Below, piece after piece: positions 1 to 9,128 of a stretch of DNA of 59,100 nt. Position 1 is the first letter of the stretch. Every line of letters starts with the position of its first letter. Source of the stretch: an uncultured Gammaproteobacteria bacterium (lineage in GTDB: Bacteria; Patescibacteriota; Microgenomatia; Levybacterales; UBA12049); contig CAZKJM010000003.1 of NCBI GenBank assembly GCA_964553245.1, positions 1-59,100 of the forward strand. Direction: 5' to 3'. The notes beneath the pieces were generated by a model. The model worked only from the letters and a program-made list of their open reading frames with translations, did no database searches and was not told the DNA's origin. A program made the translations under genes and the position numbers.

Positions 1-232
1 CAGGAACCGTTACAACAATTCCTCCCTCGGTTGTTGGGACTGTTCCACCGTTTCCGGATGCTTCATTGGTTGTCAGGGTTGCGGTTATATTTGTCTGGGG
101 TTTTTGTTCTTCCTTATTACATCCTCCAAGAAGAGGAAGCGTAGAAATAGCAGTAGCAATGGCTATTCCTTTTTTGTGCTTTTCTATCCCCGATCTTACC
201 CTTTGAATAAATCCCTGTCTTTCCTGTTTCAT
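1..232 (-). CDS. Putative lipoprotein, truncated by window start (MKQERQGFIQRVRSGIEKHKKGIAIATAISTLPLLGGC...)
   Basis: Hand-translated open frame from ATG at 232 to the window edge; basic N-region, hydrophobic stretch, lipobox LGGC, then a Thr/Gly-rich linker; not in the supplied ORF track. Confidence 0.7.
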   Translation of the reverse strand, partial: MKQERQGFIQRVRSGIEKHKKGIAIATAISTLPLLGGCNKEEQKPQTNITATLTTNEASGNGGTVPTTEGGIVVTVP

Positions 233-303
233 AATCCAGAGAGTATAACAAGCAAGAAGAAAATATTCAAGAAAATACCAATCCCACACGTCCCAAATTA
301 CAC

Positions 304-322
304 TTAGGGGTTGAACCCCTAA
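304..322. repeat. Short REP-like palindrome TTAGGGG-TTGAA-CCCCTAA
   Basis: Perfect 7-bp inverted repeat in a divergent intergenic region; degenerate copy at 17070-17089. Confidence 0.5.
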
Positions 323-396
323 TTAGACCTAATTATTGTTCTTGAATTTAAACGCGCTATTTGACTGATGTTTTAAATTCGGCTTACAATATAAAT

Positions 397-888
397 GTGA
401 TCCAAAAACAAAATAAAAACTTATTGCCAAGTCTTGACTATATTATTTTAATTGCTGTTTTTATTCTTGCCATTTCTTTTGCGGGACTGCTTTTGCCCTT
501 TTCTAAAACTCCAATTTTAGAAGAAAACCAAGAAAATACCCTTTTCCCTTATTCAGATAAAACCAGCGATGAAAGCCTTCAGCTTAAAAGCGTTAAGCTA
601 AATTCAAAATCACCGGAAATTCCCGAAGAAGAAAGCGAAACCTGCGAAGATAAAACCTCAAAAATAATTATTAAAACCGTCACTGCTACCCCTGGTCCAA
701 CAACAGAGTGGCATATTTGTAAGGTTTGTTCAAGAACAATAGCAGGTCAGTGTGTTGATTCAAAAAGTTCAAGACCTTGCGAACCTATCGACTGTTCAAA
801 ATGTATAACACCAACACCTAAGCCACCCCAAACAACTACAACAACAAAACCAAAAGCTAACTTTACAGAAGAATATGAACTCAATTAA
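397..888 (+). CDS. Membrane-anchored Cys-rich/Pro-Thr-rich surface protein
   Basis: ORF 361..888; the TTG at 361 looks like a -35 box (TTGACT..TACAAT), so GTG 397 is the likelier start; N-terminal TM, SLQLK motif shared with the next two genes, six-Cys domain. Confidence 0.7.
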   Translation: MIQKQNKNLLPSLDYIILIAVFILAISFAGLLLPFSKTPILEENQENTLFPYSDKTSDESLQLKSVKLNSKSPEIPEEESETCEDKTSKIIIKTVTATPGPTTEWHICKVCSRTIAGQCVDSKSSRPCEPIDCSKCITPTPKPPQTTTTTKPKANFTEEYELN

Positions 889-1831
889 ACCTGTTAAAAA
901 ACCAAAAATTGTAAGACTTGACTTATTTACTATTGCTATCATTTCTTTAATGATAATATTTGGGGTTTTTCTTGCCGGTGGACTAATGCCAAAAAATTTT
1001 AAAGTTACCAAGTACTCTGACAATCAAAAATACACGCCTGCAAATCCCGATGCAAAAGCAGATTCCGCACAAGGACTACAATTAAATTTAATAAAACTAA
1101 AAGGATGTTCGTCTACTGCTGCTGTTAATTTTTTGGTTGACCGATCCGGCTCAATGGGTTTTGACGGCGGTAAAAAAATTAAAAACCTTAGGAATGCACT
1201 TTTAAGTTTTAAAAATAAATTATCGGATGACAATATTTTTGGTCTTCAAATTTATAGCGATGATAGCGCAAACAGATCTTGCAATAATCAAGGAAAACCA
1301 TGGTGCAACATAGTTGATCCTGATTATTATAAAAATGTTAAAAACGGTTTAAAAAATAAAATTTGTGCAGTACAACCAAACGGAGGAACTTATACAAGAG
1401 ATGCATTTTTAGAAACAGAAAAAGTTTTAGATGAAGCGATTAAAAAATTTCCCAATTACAAATTTGCCCTTATTTTTATATCCGATGGCATTCCGGAAGA
1501 TGCTACTAATATAGAATGTCCGGGAGGAATAGGCGGAGCGTGGTGTGGAGCAAACGAAAACGGCGGATGCCGTTGTTATTCTCAAAAACAGGATCCCACA
1601 AATTTTTATGATTCTTCAAAAGTTGATATCCCTAAAAGAATCAAAGATAAGGGCGTAAGAATTTTTTCTATTTCCTATATAGACAAAACAGATGAACATC
1701 TAAATAATCTCCTACAGGGATTAATGGAAAGAATTGCATCATCCAAAGATGATTATTACAGCGCTCCTGACGAAACAAAAATTAAAGAAATCCTCGACCA
1801 AATTGCTGTTAAAATCTGCCAAGAAGGTTAA
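875..1831 (+). CDS. vWA (von Willebrand A) domain protein with N-terminal TM anchor
   Basis: MIDAS DRSGS, GGT, ISDG motifs; Cys-rich insertions. Confidence 0.9.
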   Translation: MNSIKPVKKPKIVRLDLFTIAIISLMIIFGVFLAGGLMPKNFKVTKYSDNQKYTPANPDAKADSAQGLQLNLIKLKGCSSTAAVNFLVDRSGSMGFDGGKKIKNLRNALLSFKNKLSDDNIFGLQIYSDDSANRSCNNQGKPWCNIVDPDYYKNVKNGLKNKICAVQPNGGTYTRDAFLETEKVLDEAIKKFPNYKFALIFISDGIPEDATNIECPGGIGGAWCGANENGGCRCYSQKQDPTNFYDSSKVDIPKRIKDKGVRIFSISYIDKTDEHLNNLLQGLMERIASSKDDYYSAPDETKIKEILDQIAVKICQEG

Positions 1832-1874
1832 AAATTATTTGACAGACTACTTTTTAAAAAATACAATAAATTAA

Positions 1875-2669
1875 GTGAACAAACAAAAAGGATTTGCAAA
1901 TATACTTTCTGCTTTTGTTGTTGCGATACTTCTTGTAGCATTTGTGTTTGGTTTTTTACTCATAGGTGGATTCGATTTACCAAAATATGATTATTCCGAA
2001 GATGCTAATACGGGATACATTCCCATTGAAGCAGAAGATGAATCAAAAGATAATTCTTTACAGCTCAAAACTTTAAAATTTAAATCCTGCTCGTCAACCG
2101 CTGCATTAATTTTCTTACTGGACAGATCTTATTCGATGAACGGAAATAAGATTTCTAAACTTAAAAGTGGAATGCTTTCTTTTGCAAATAAATTATCCGA
2201 CAATTCAATTATCGGCATACAGGATTTTAGTTCACCAGAGCATCCAAATGGAATATTAGTAAAAGTACTTGTGCCTGTAGATTATTATAAAAATGTAAGA
2301 TCTAATTTACCAAGTCTTATTAACAGCTTGTCCGCAGGTGGCAACACTAATATGAAGTCTGCGCTTAATTTTACAAAAGAAAGGATTAAAGAGGCACAAG
2401 TTAAATTTCCTGATCGTAAATTTGCCTTTCTTTTTTTATCTGACGGATTACCTGTTCCACCAGACACCGAAACACCCAATGACGCATTAATTAATGAATT
2501 AAAAAATATGAATGTTAGAATTTTTACAATCGCCTATGGTTCTTCTGCAGAAGGAGTAAAACCGCTTATGAAAAAGATCGCAACATCTCCCGATGATGCA
2601 TATTATGTTCCCAATGAAGAACAGATCGAAAAAATTTTAAACGAAATTGCTATAAAAATTTGCCAGTAA
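1875..2669 (+). CDS. vWA domain protein with prepilin-like N-terminus
   Basis: MIDAS DRSYS, GNT, LSDG; N-terminus MNKQKG|FANIL followed by a hydrophobic helix. Confidence 0.9.
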   Translation: MNKQKGFANILSAFVVAILLVAFVFGFLLIGGFDLPKYDYSEDANTGYIPIEAEDESKDNSLQLKTLKFKSCSSTAALIFLLDRSYSMNGNKISKLKSGMLSFANKLSDNSIIGIQDFSSPEHPNGILVKVLVPVDYYKNVRSNLPSLINSLSAGGNTNMKSALNFTKERIKEAQVKFPDRKFAFLFLSDGLPVPPDTETPNDALINELKNMNVRIFTIAYGSSAEGVKPLMKKIATSPDDAYYVPNEEQIEKILNEIAIKICQ

Positions 2670-2712
2670 AAATCTTACAAAAATTCCAACTTAATAGTAT
2701 AATTTAACTTTT

Positions 2713-3501
2713 ATGGATAAAAGAAAATTCAAAATCAACATTACGATTTCCGACTTTCCTATTTTTAGAAATCTTGATTATTCATTTAAAATTGCCAAGG
2801 AATCCGGAGCAGACGGAATAGAACTTGTAAGTGGATTTAAATGTCATCGTCCATTTAAATCTGTCAAAAAGCTTTCTCAAAAATATAATCTTCCTGTATT
2901 TTCTATTCATATGCCAATATGGACAGGTATTAATATTTTCCCGGATTTTAGTTTTTTTAAACTCGCAAAAGAATTAAAAACAAAATATATCGTTTTACAC
3001 CCTCTTCCTTGTTTAAACTTGGATGATGTAAAAAGTTTACAATTTTTTAGAAAAATGCATAATTATTCCAAGAAATACAAAGTAAAAATACTTTTGGAAA
3101 ATTTGCCAAACAATTATCAAATTAAAATTGTTGACAAATACTTCCCTGCCGGAAAAGATTCAAATGACCTTTTAAAAATTTTAAAAATCGCCGATAAGTA
3201 TGATTTTGGGATTACTTTTGATACAACTCATTTAGAAAATGAAATACCACAAAGCGAAGAATGGTTTAAAAAAGTTTTTCCAAAAATAAAAAATATTCAT
3301 TTAAGCAGTTTTACAGAAAACAAATTTCATCTTCCACTTTATTTAGGTAATTTTAAAACTGATGAATTTATTAATTTTTTAATTAAGAATAATTACGATG
3401 GACTTGTTACTTTGGAAATTTTCTATCCAAGACTAATTACTTTTACAAAGCTTAATCTTGAATCCTTCAAAAAATCAGTAGAAATTATAAGAAAAGTTTA
3501 A
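2713..3501 (+). CDS. Sugar phosphate isomerase/epimerase (xylose isomerase-like TIM barrel)
   Basis: GADGIEL, SIH, LENL, ITFDTTH, IHLS, HLPL, TLEI metal-binding motifs. Confidence 0.85.
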   Translation: MDKRKFKINITISDFPIFRNLDYSFKIAKESGADGIELVSGFKCHRPFKSVKKLSQKYNLPVFSIHMPIWTGINIFPDFSFFKLAKELKTKYIVLHPLPCLNLDDVKSLQFFRKMHNYSKKYKVKILLENLPNNYQIKIVDKYFPAGKDSNDLLKILKIADKYDFGITFDTTHLENEIPQSEEWFKKVFPKIKNIHLSSFTENKFHLPLYLGNFKTDEFINFLIKNNYDGLVTLEIFYPRLITFTKLNLESFKKSVEIIRKV

Positions 3502-4157
3502 ATCCTTCTTCTGGCAATAAGTTGGGTAAAATGATCGGTATGATATAAAAACGGTTTCCTTCTTGCTTTAAAAACTTGAATATCCAAATTCATCCCCGCT
3601 TTGTCAAAAACTCTTATCCAATCCCATTCGCTTGCAAAATGTTTCCTACTAAGGTTATTAATTAAAAATGATTGAGCATTATTTACGTGGTTTTCTTTTG
3701 TAAACACAGTCATTGTCGTAACCCCATCAGGTGTTAGAACGCGTCCTATCTCCCCGACGATTTTTTCACATTGTTCCAAAGAGCACATATTAAACAAAAA
3801 ATCAGTGGTTACTACATCAAAGCTAGAATCGGAAAACGGAACGCTACAAGCATCTAGTTTTATTGCTTTTACTGTAGAATCTTTTTTGTGTAATTTTCTT
3901 AACGGCCTACTTGCAAGATCTACAACAGTTATATCCGAAGCGTAACCTAATTCTGAAATTGCATCTTTAACATCCAGTGGATTTTTTGCAGTTGCTGTCC
4001 CAAGATATAAAACGCTTAAATCATGTTTTCCGTTATTGGAAAACGTGCGTCTTATTACATCCACGTGTTGTTCTTTTGATATTTCCCAAGAACCAACAAA
4101 ACCCAAGGGCTGTAAAACTTCATAACTCAAATGATAAAATTTACCGATTTCTGCCAT
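3498..4157 (-). CDS. Class I SAM-dependent methyltransferase
   Basis: VLYLG, VVD, LDACSVPFSDSSFDVV, RVLTPDG motifs. Confidence 0.8.
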   Translation of the reverse strand: MAEIGKFYHLSYEVLQPLGFVGSWEISKEQHVDVIRRTFSNNGKHDLSVLYLGTATAKNPLDVKDAISELGYASDITVVDLASRPLRKLHKKDSTVKAIKLDACSVPFSDSSFDVVTTDFLFNMCSLEQCEKIVGEIGRVLTPDGVTTMTVFTKENHVNNAQSFLINNLSRKHFASEWDWIRVFDKAGMNLDIQVFKARRKPFLYHTDHFTQLIARRRI

Positions 4158-4164
4158 AAAAGAA

Positions 4165-5484
4165 TTAGTGTTTTATGGGGAATTTTTGACAAAGTGACTT
4201 AATTTCTTTTGCAATTTTCAAAAGTTTTTTATTTTTAACAATTTCCGTTTTTGTTTTTTTCCAAACAACAGCCCTTTCCTCTTTTGTTTTTGGTAAATCA
4301 ATCTTAGGACAAATTTCAATTACGTCATTAATCCATTTTGCAATTTTAACCATTTCTTTTTCTTTCATTCCCCTAGTTGTAATTGCAGGTGTACCAAGTC
4401 TTAGACCGGATGGGAAAAAAGGAGGCATCGGATCATTTGGAACAGCATTTTTATTTAAAACAATTCCTGCAATTTCCAAAGCAAGGGCAGCAACTGCACC
4501 ATTTACTTTTTTATTGGTTAAATCCATTAAAATCAAATGATTATCTGTTCCACCACTTACCATATTAAATCCATATTTTTTTAATTCTTCAGCGAGCTTT
4601 TTGGAATTTTTAACAATCTGCTCTCCGTATTTTTTAAACGACAATGTACTTGCCTCTTTTAACGCAACTGCAATTGCTGCAGTTTGATTATCGTGTGGCC
4701 CACCTTGAAGTCCGGGGAAAACTGCCTTATCAATTTTACTTGGCAAATCTGGGTCTTTTTTTATTCCTTTTTTTGTAACCATTATCATTGCTCCCCTTGG
4801 TCCGCGAAAAGTTTTATGAGTTGTAGAAGTAACAATGTCTGCATACGGAAAAGGACTTGGATGAACCCCTGCAATTATAAGTCCTGTTATATGGGAAACA
4901 TCTGCCAAAAGATAAGCACCGACTTTTTCGGCAATTTCTGCAAATTTTTTAAAATCGAGCTTTCTTGGATATGCTGTTGTTCCGCAAACTAAGATTTTTG
5001 GTTTCTCCTTAATTGCCATTTTTTCGATTGCATCGTAATCCAGCTTTCCATCCTTACCTAATTCGTAAAGAACAGAATTAAAATGTTTGCCGGAAAACGA
5101 AACTTTCGCTCCGTGAGTAAGATGCCCTCCAAATGCCAATGATAATCCCATTATTTTATCCTTTACGGGAGTGAGTAATGCCAGATAAACTGCAGCGTTT
5201 GCAGGAGATCCTGAATATGGCTGCAAATTTACATATGGCACGCCAAATAATTTTTTTGCTCTTTCTTCTGCAAGAATTTCTACCTCATCTATAATATCGT
5301 TTCCCTGATAATATCTTGCTCTTGGATAACCTTCTGAATATTTATTGTTTAAAACAGATCCTAATGCTTCTAAAACTTCTTTAGATGCATAGTTTTCCGA
5401 GGCAATCATTTCGAGGACTTCTTTTTGTCTTTTTTCTTCTCCTTTAATTAATTTAAAAATTTGCGGATCTTTTTGTTTTAACAT
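4165..5484 (-). CDS. glyA: Serine hydroxymethyltransferase
   Basis: IASEN, NKYSEGYP, QPYSGSPAN, GGHLTHG, TTHKTFRGPRG, GLQGGP motifs. Confidence 0.99.
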   Translation of the reverse strand: MLKQKDPQIFKLIKGEEKRQKEVLEMIASENYASKEVLEALGSVLNNKYSEGYPRARYYQGNDIIDEVEILAEERAKKLFGVPYVNLQPYSGSPANAAVYLALLTPVKDKIMGLSLAFGGHLTHGAKVSFSGKHFNSVLYELGKDGKLDYDAIEKMAIKEKPKILVCGTTAYPRKLDFKKFAEIAEKVGAYLLADVSHITGLIIAGVHPSPFPYADIVTSTTHKTFRGPRGAMIMVTKKGIKKDPDLPSKIDKAVFPGLQGGPHDNQTAAIAVALKEASTLSFKKYGEQIVKNSKKLAEELKKYGFNMVSGGTDNHLILMDLTNKKVNGAVAALALEIAGIVLNKNAVPNDPMPPFFPSGLRLGTPAITTRGMKEKEMVKIAKWINDVIEICPKIDLPKTKEERAVVWKKTKTEIVKNKKLLKIAKEIKSLCQKFPIKH

Positions 5485-5543
5485 GTCGATTATTTTAACA
5501 CTAGTTCCTAACGATTATCAATTAGTAATTTATGGTTAAGCAA

Positions 5544-5600
5544 GAAATAAAATTTTCGCTAGGACATAGGCGAATTACGGGTCCAAGAAAATTTTGTTTC
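5544..5600. repeat. Imperfect ~57-bp intergenic hairpin (GAAATAAAATTTTC...GAAAATTTTGTTTC)
   Basis: 14-bp arms with one mismatch plus inner GGAC/GTCC pairing, between folA and glyA. Confidence 0.6.
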
Positions 5601-5616
5601 GAGCTAATATAAAAAA

Positions 5617-6150
5617 CTATTTTTCCAATTCAAAAAAAGTATATTCGTAATTTCCCTCTTTGGATTTTTTTTCGAAAATAACTTTTTTAAAATTTGAATA
5701 ATCCGGAAAAAAAGCATCCGAGTCATAATCTCCTTTTACTTTTGTTATATAAAGTTTGTCTGCAAGTTTTATTGCCTGCCCAAAAATCTGCCCACCGCCG
5801 ATAATAAAAATTTCTTCGGAGCCGTTTTGTTTTTTTGCAACATCAATTGCTTCCTCTAGTGAACTAACAATGGAAAAATTATCTCCTATTCTTAAATCCT
5901 GCTTGTCCTGAGCATTGCCGAAGGAAATCTTGAATTCTGGATCCCTCGTAACAATAATATTGTAGCGATCCGGCAATGGTTTAACAGGAAGAGATTCCCA
6001 TGTTTTTCTTCCCATAATAATCGGGTGCCCTGTTGTCTTTTCTTTAAATCTTTTAAAGTCTTCTGAAATATGCCATGACATTTGGTTATTTTTTCCAATA
6101 CCGTTTTTTTCGTCAACTGCAACTATTATTGATAATTTTACTTTACTCAT
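5617..6150 (-). CDS. folA: Dihydrofolate reductase
   Basis: IVAVDEKNGIG, EDFKRFK, IIMGRKTWESL, PLPDR, IIGGGQI motifs. Confidence 0.98.
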   Translation of the reverse strand: MSKVKLSIIVAVDEKNGIGKNNQMSWHISEDFKRFKEKTTGHPIIMGRKTWESLPVKPLPDRYNIIVTRDPEFKISFGNAQDKQDLRIGDNFSIVSSLEEAIDVAKKQNGSEEIFIIGGGQIFGQAIKLADKLYITKVKGDYDSDAFFPDYSNFKKVIFEKKSKEGNYEYTFFELEK

Positions 6151-6572
6151 AACTGCTTTACTAATTCATTTAACAAAACTCCTAAGGAAAAAGCGGGAAC
6201 TAAATTACGAGGGTCGTTTTTTACTTCTTCTGCTTTATCAAAAAATACTTGCTCCTCTTCAGACGAGCAATCTCTTCTATCTTTATGTTCAATCCCGTTT
6301 ACATACCATTCTTTTTTTGTTCTTTCGAAAACTACAACCGGATAACCACCTTTAAATCGTCCACATGGCTCTAGTTTTTTAGTGCCTATATAATAATCAC
6401 ACACATTAGAAGCAGTAGCATGTTTACCGGTATGTATTCTTTGTTGAACAGTCGGCTCATTATCGGAGGGTAAACCAAGAGCGTCTAATATCTTAGGGTC
6501 AATTAAATCATTTAATTCTTTTTGTTTGAAAACATCTGGTCTTAAACAACAAGTAACTAGTTCTTTTGTCAT
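6147..6572 (-). CDS. Hypothetical protein inserted between thyA and folA
   Basis: ATG 6572 immediately follows the thyA stop and its stop overlaps the folA ATG; the longer ORF start (6665) lies inside thyA. Confidence 0.7.
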   Translation of the reverse strand: MTKELVTCCLRPDVFKQKELNDLIDPKILDALGLPSDNEPTVQQRIHTGKHATASNVCDYYIGTKKLEPCGRFKGGYPVVVFERTKKEWYVNGIEHKDRRDCSSEEEQVFFDKAEEVKNDPRNLVPAFSLGVLLNELVKQL

Positions 6573-6573
6573 A

Positions 6574-7575
6574 TTAAAATCCTCCAACAACTGTAATATC
6601 GCCTTTAATTGGTGGATAAGGATTGTATCCCACGATCTCAAAATCTTCAAATTTAAAATCATCAATATTTTTAATTTTTGGATTAATCTTTATAATCGGA
6701 AATTTTCTTGGTTTTCTTTTTATTTGCTCTTTAACTTGCGAAAAATGATTTGAATAAATATGCGCATCGCCAAAAGTATGGACAAAAAATCCTGGCTTTA
6801 AACCAACAACCTGCGAAATCATAATTGCCAAGAGAGAATAACTGGCAATGTTAAAAGGTACACCCAAAAACATATCTGCGGATCTTTGATAAAGTTGTAA
6901 AGAAAGCCTATCGTTTACAACGCTAAATTGATAAATTGTGTGACAAGGCGGAAGTGCCATTGACATTCCAGGAGATGCCATTTCGTAAATAAATTCAGGA
7001 TTCCATGCGGAAACTACAATTGATTTCCTATAAGGTGTAGTTTTTAATTCGTTAATAGCCCAAGCAAGTTGATCAATAATCCTCCCGTCCGATGTTTTCC
7101 ATTTTCGCCATTGAACACCATATACATTTCCAATATCCCCCCATTTTGCAAATTCAGAATTTTTAGAAACTTCTTTTAAATGTGCTATAAATTCATCTTG
7201 ATCTTTAATCTTTTTTTCTTTATCTGTTAATTTATTTCCGGCAATTTTGCCATTTGCCATTTGCCATTTGCCATTCTTTTGCGCTTCTTTGAAGCGCTTA
7301 TACGCCCAGTCATCCCAAATATGAACATCATTGTCAACTAAATATTTAATATTGGAATTGCCACCAATAAACCATAAAAGCTCGTGAATAATCCCGCGTA
7401 AAAAAACTTTTTTTGTAGTTAACAAAGGAAATCCTTTAGATAAATCATAACGGCATTGCCTTCCAAAAACACTTCTGATAAAAACGTCTTTATGTCCAAA
7501 AACCGGTTTATCATTGCCTTTTTTTAAAATATCCGAAAGTAAATCCAAATATTGATATTCCGGATGTTTATGCAT
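6574..7575 (-). CDS. thyA: Thymidylate synthase
   Basis: FPLLTTKK, IIHELLWF, VYGVQWR, LPPCH, YQRSAD, GVPFNIASY, GDAHIY; start MHKHPEYQYL inferred. Confidence 0.99.
   Translation of the reverse strand: MHKHPEYQYLDLLSDILKKGNDKPVFGHKDVFIRSVFGRQCRYDLSKGFPLLTTKKVFLRGIIHELLWFIGGNSNIKYLVDNDVHIWDDWAYKRFKEAQKNGKWQMANGKIAGNKLTDKEKKIKDQDEFIAHLKEVSKNSEFAKWGDIGNVYGVQWRKWKTSDGRIIDQLAWAINELKTTPYRKSIVVSAWNPEFIYEMASPGMSMALPPCHTIYQFSVVNDRLSLQLYQRSADMFLGVPFNIASYSLLAIMISQVVGLKPGFFVHTFGDAHIYSNHFSQVKEQIKRKPRKFPIIKINPKIKNIDDFKFEDFEIVGYNPYPPIKGDITVVGGF
7246..7275. repeat. (TTTGCCA)x4 heptamer tandem repeat inside thyA
   Basis: Four exact copies, encoding NGKWQMANGK. Confidence 0.9.
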
Positions 7576-7669
7576 AGTTTTCACATCTTCTTTTTTAACT
7601 GTTTGCCAAAAATTTTACAATAGATCAAATTATGTCAAATTATTTTAGTTTTGGTATAATACGCTTATA

Positions 7670-8068
7670 ATGAAAACCGCCCAAGCGGAAACGTTGTTTA
7701 CACTAAAACAAGAAAGAAACCCAACGCATCCATTTATACGAACCTTAAAAGCGGATAAAGAACACATGCTTACAATTGTTGATCCTTTTAAATTAGCAGA
7801 GGATAATGACGGATTATTTGAGCAGTTGAATAATTTATCTCTAGATTCAAATACAAAATTACTTGTGTATGAAAAAGAGGAAATGGTTTATTCACCAAAG
7901 ACGCCAAATGACCAGAGAATCTTAATTTCTACCGAAATAGACGGAAAAAAAATATATGGATATATTTTAAAAGGTGAATTTAAAGGCAGAAATATCACGA
8001 GAATAAATCAAGATCAATTGGGAATGGATTCACAAAATGATCCCGACGAAGAGGGTCTTCCGTTTTAA
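7670..8068 (+). CDS. Hypothetical protein
   Basis: 132-aa ORF with its own promoter (ATGTCA-17-TATAAT, 7632-7660). Confidence 0.75.
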   Translation: MKTAQAETLFTLKQERNPTHPFIRTLKADKEHMLTIVDPFKLAEDNDGLFEQLNNLSLDSNTKLLVYEKEEMVYSPKTPNDQRILISTEIDGKKIYGYILKGEFKGRNITRINQDQLGMDSQNDPDEEGLPF

Positions 8069-8529
8069 TCTTTTCTTAAATCCACTAACCCGCCCATATA
8101 ATGAGCTTTGTAAATTCTTTTTCCTTTATAACTAATATATTCATTACCGTAAAAACTTTTAATATTTCCATCCCACTTATTTCTGTATTTTAAATTTGTT
8201 TCGTTATAAATTGCCGGACCTCTAAACGGATAATCTTGCGGAACCAATGACAGGGCTTTTTTTAAAAAGCCATAAATTCCGTTAATGTCATAAATGTTAT
8301 TATTTACTTTTCCGTAATAAACCATTATCCAAACCGGTTTTTCTTTGTAAAAAATAATTGTCCTTCCGCCGTACGGCTCACCGCCAAAATAATTATCGTG
8401 ATATTTCCAATCACCTGATTCATAAATAAATGTATGTGATAAATCTTTTTCTGATTTTTGTTCTTTACCGGAGGTATATCCTGCTTTATTTGCTTCTATA
8501 AGAAATTTTCGAAGACTATCTAAATTCAT
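8065..8529 (-). CDS. DUF5680-like protein
   Basis: YHDNYFGGEPYGGR..PVWIMVYYG..PFRGP pattern, recognised from memory. Confidence 0.7.
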   Translation of the reverse strand: MNLDSLRKFLIEANKAGYTSGKEQKSEKDLSHTFIYESGDWKYHDNYFGGEPYGGRTIIFYKEKPVWIMVYYGKVNNNIYDINGIYGFLKKALSLVPQDYPFRGPAIYNETNLKYRNKWDGNIKSFYGNEYISYKGKRIYKAHYMGGLVDLRKD

Positions 8530-8537
8530 TAAATTTA

Positions 8538-8594
8538 TACGCTATCTCCTATTTGCTATATGCTATTCACTATGTGCCATACGCCATTTCGCCA
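8538..8594. repeat. Degenerate heptamer array (TACGCTA TCTCCTA TTTGCTA TATGCTA TTCACTA TGTGCCA TACGCCA TTTCGCCA)
   Basis: About 8 units, consensus TNTGCYA, directly after the stop of the dCTP deaminase-like gene. Confidence 0.85.
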
Positions 8595-9128
8595 TCATAC
8601 CTGTTTTTCTCTTTTTACTGCCGAAACTCTTCCACCCTGCCATTGCCCACGGTATTTGCTACCAACTCCTTTTATTTCGTTAAAAATAATGTGAACAAAT
8701 CTTGCTCCCATTTCGATTTCTACTGTAACCGGTCCTTCATTTTTAAGACCAAAAGTCAATTCGCCGCTATAGCCCGGCTGAACAGGACCTGTCCTTAAAA
8801 AAAGACCGGAGCGAAAAGTTGTTGTTCTTGGTAAAATTGTTGCGGATAAGCTTATCGGTAAATTAATTTTTTCGATTGTTTTTACTAAGAAAAAATCTCC
8901 GGGTTTTATTTTTACACTTTTATCTTTACCATATTTTTTAACCGATACTATATCTGGAGTTTTTCTGTGTGTTTCACCAAGAAATGCGCTTCCTGAAATC
9001 TTAAAAACTTCTCCTAATCTTAAATCAAAACCAGTTCCTTCCGGATTAGTCAATTCTCTTTCGGATAATCCCTCAACAAGCTTTTTTGTTTTTACAAGTT
9101 TTAATAAAACTTTCGGACTTATAATCAT
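8595..9128 (-). CDS. dCTP deaminase/trimeric dUTPase-family protein (second paralog)
   Basis: GFDLRLG, PRTTTFRSG, VQPGYSG, GARFVHI motifs. Confidence 0.85.
   Translation of the reverse strand: MIISPKVLLKLVKTKKLVEGLSERELTNPEGTGFDLRLGEVFKISGSAFLGETHRKTPDIVSVKKYGKDKSVKIKPGDFFLVKTIEKINLPISLSATILPRTTTFRSGLFLRTGPVQPGYSGELTFGLKNEGPVTVEIEMGARFVHIIFNEIKGVGSKYRGQWQGGRVSAVKREKQV

Noticed and set aside
104-307. Plus-strand 67-aa ORF
   Set aside because: Antisense shadow of the minus-strand lipoprotein gene
8538-8594. CRISPR array
   Set aside because: Units are 7 nt with no spacers, and no cas genes are present; no CRISPR-like repeat seen anywhere in the window
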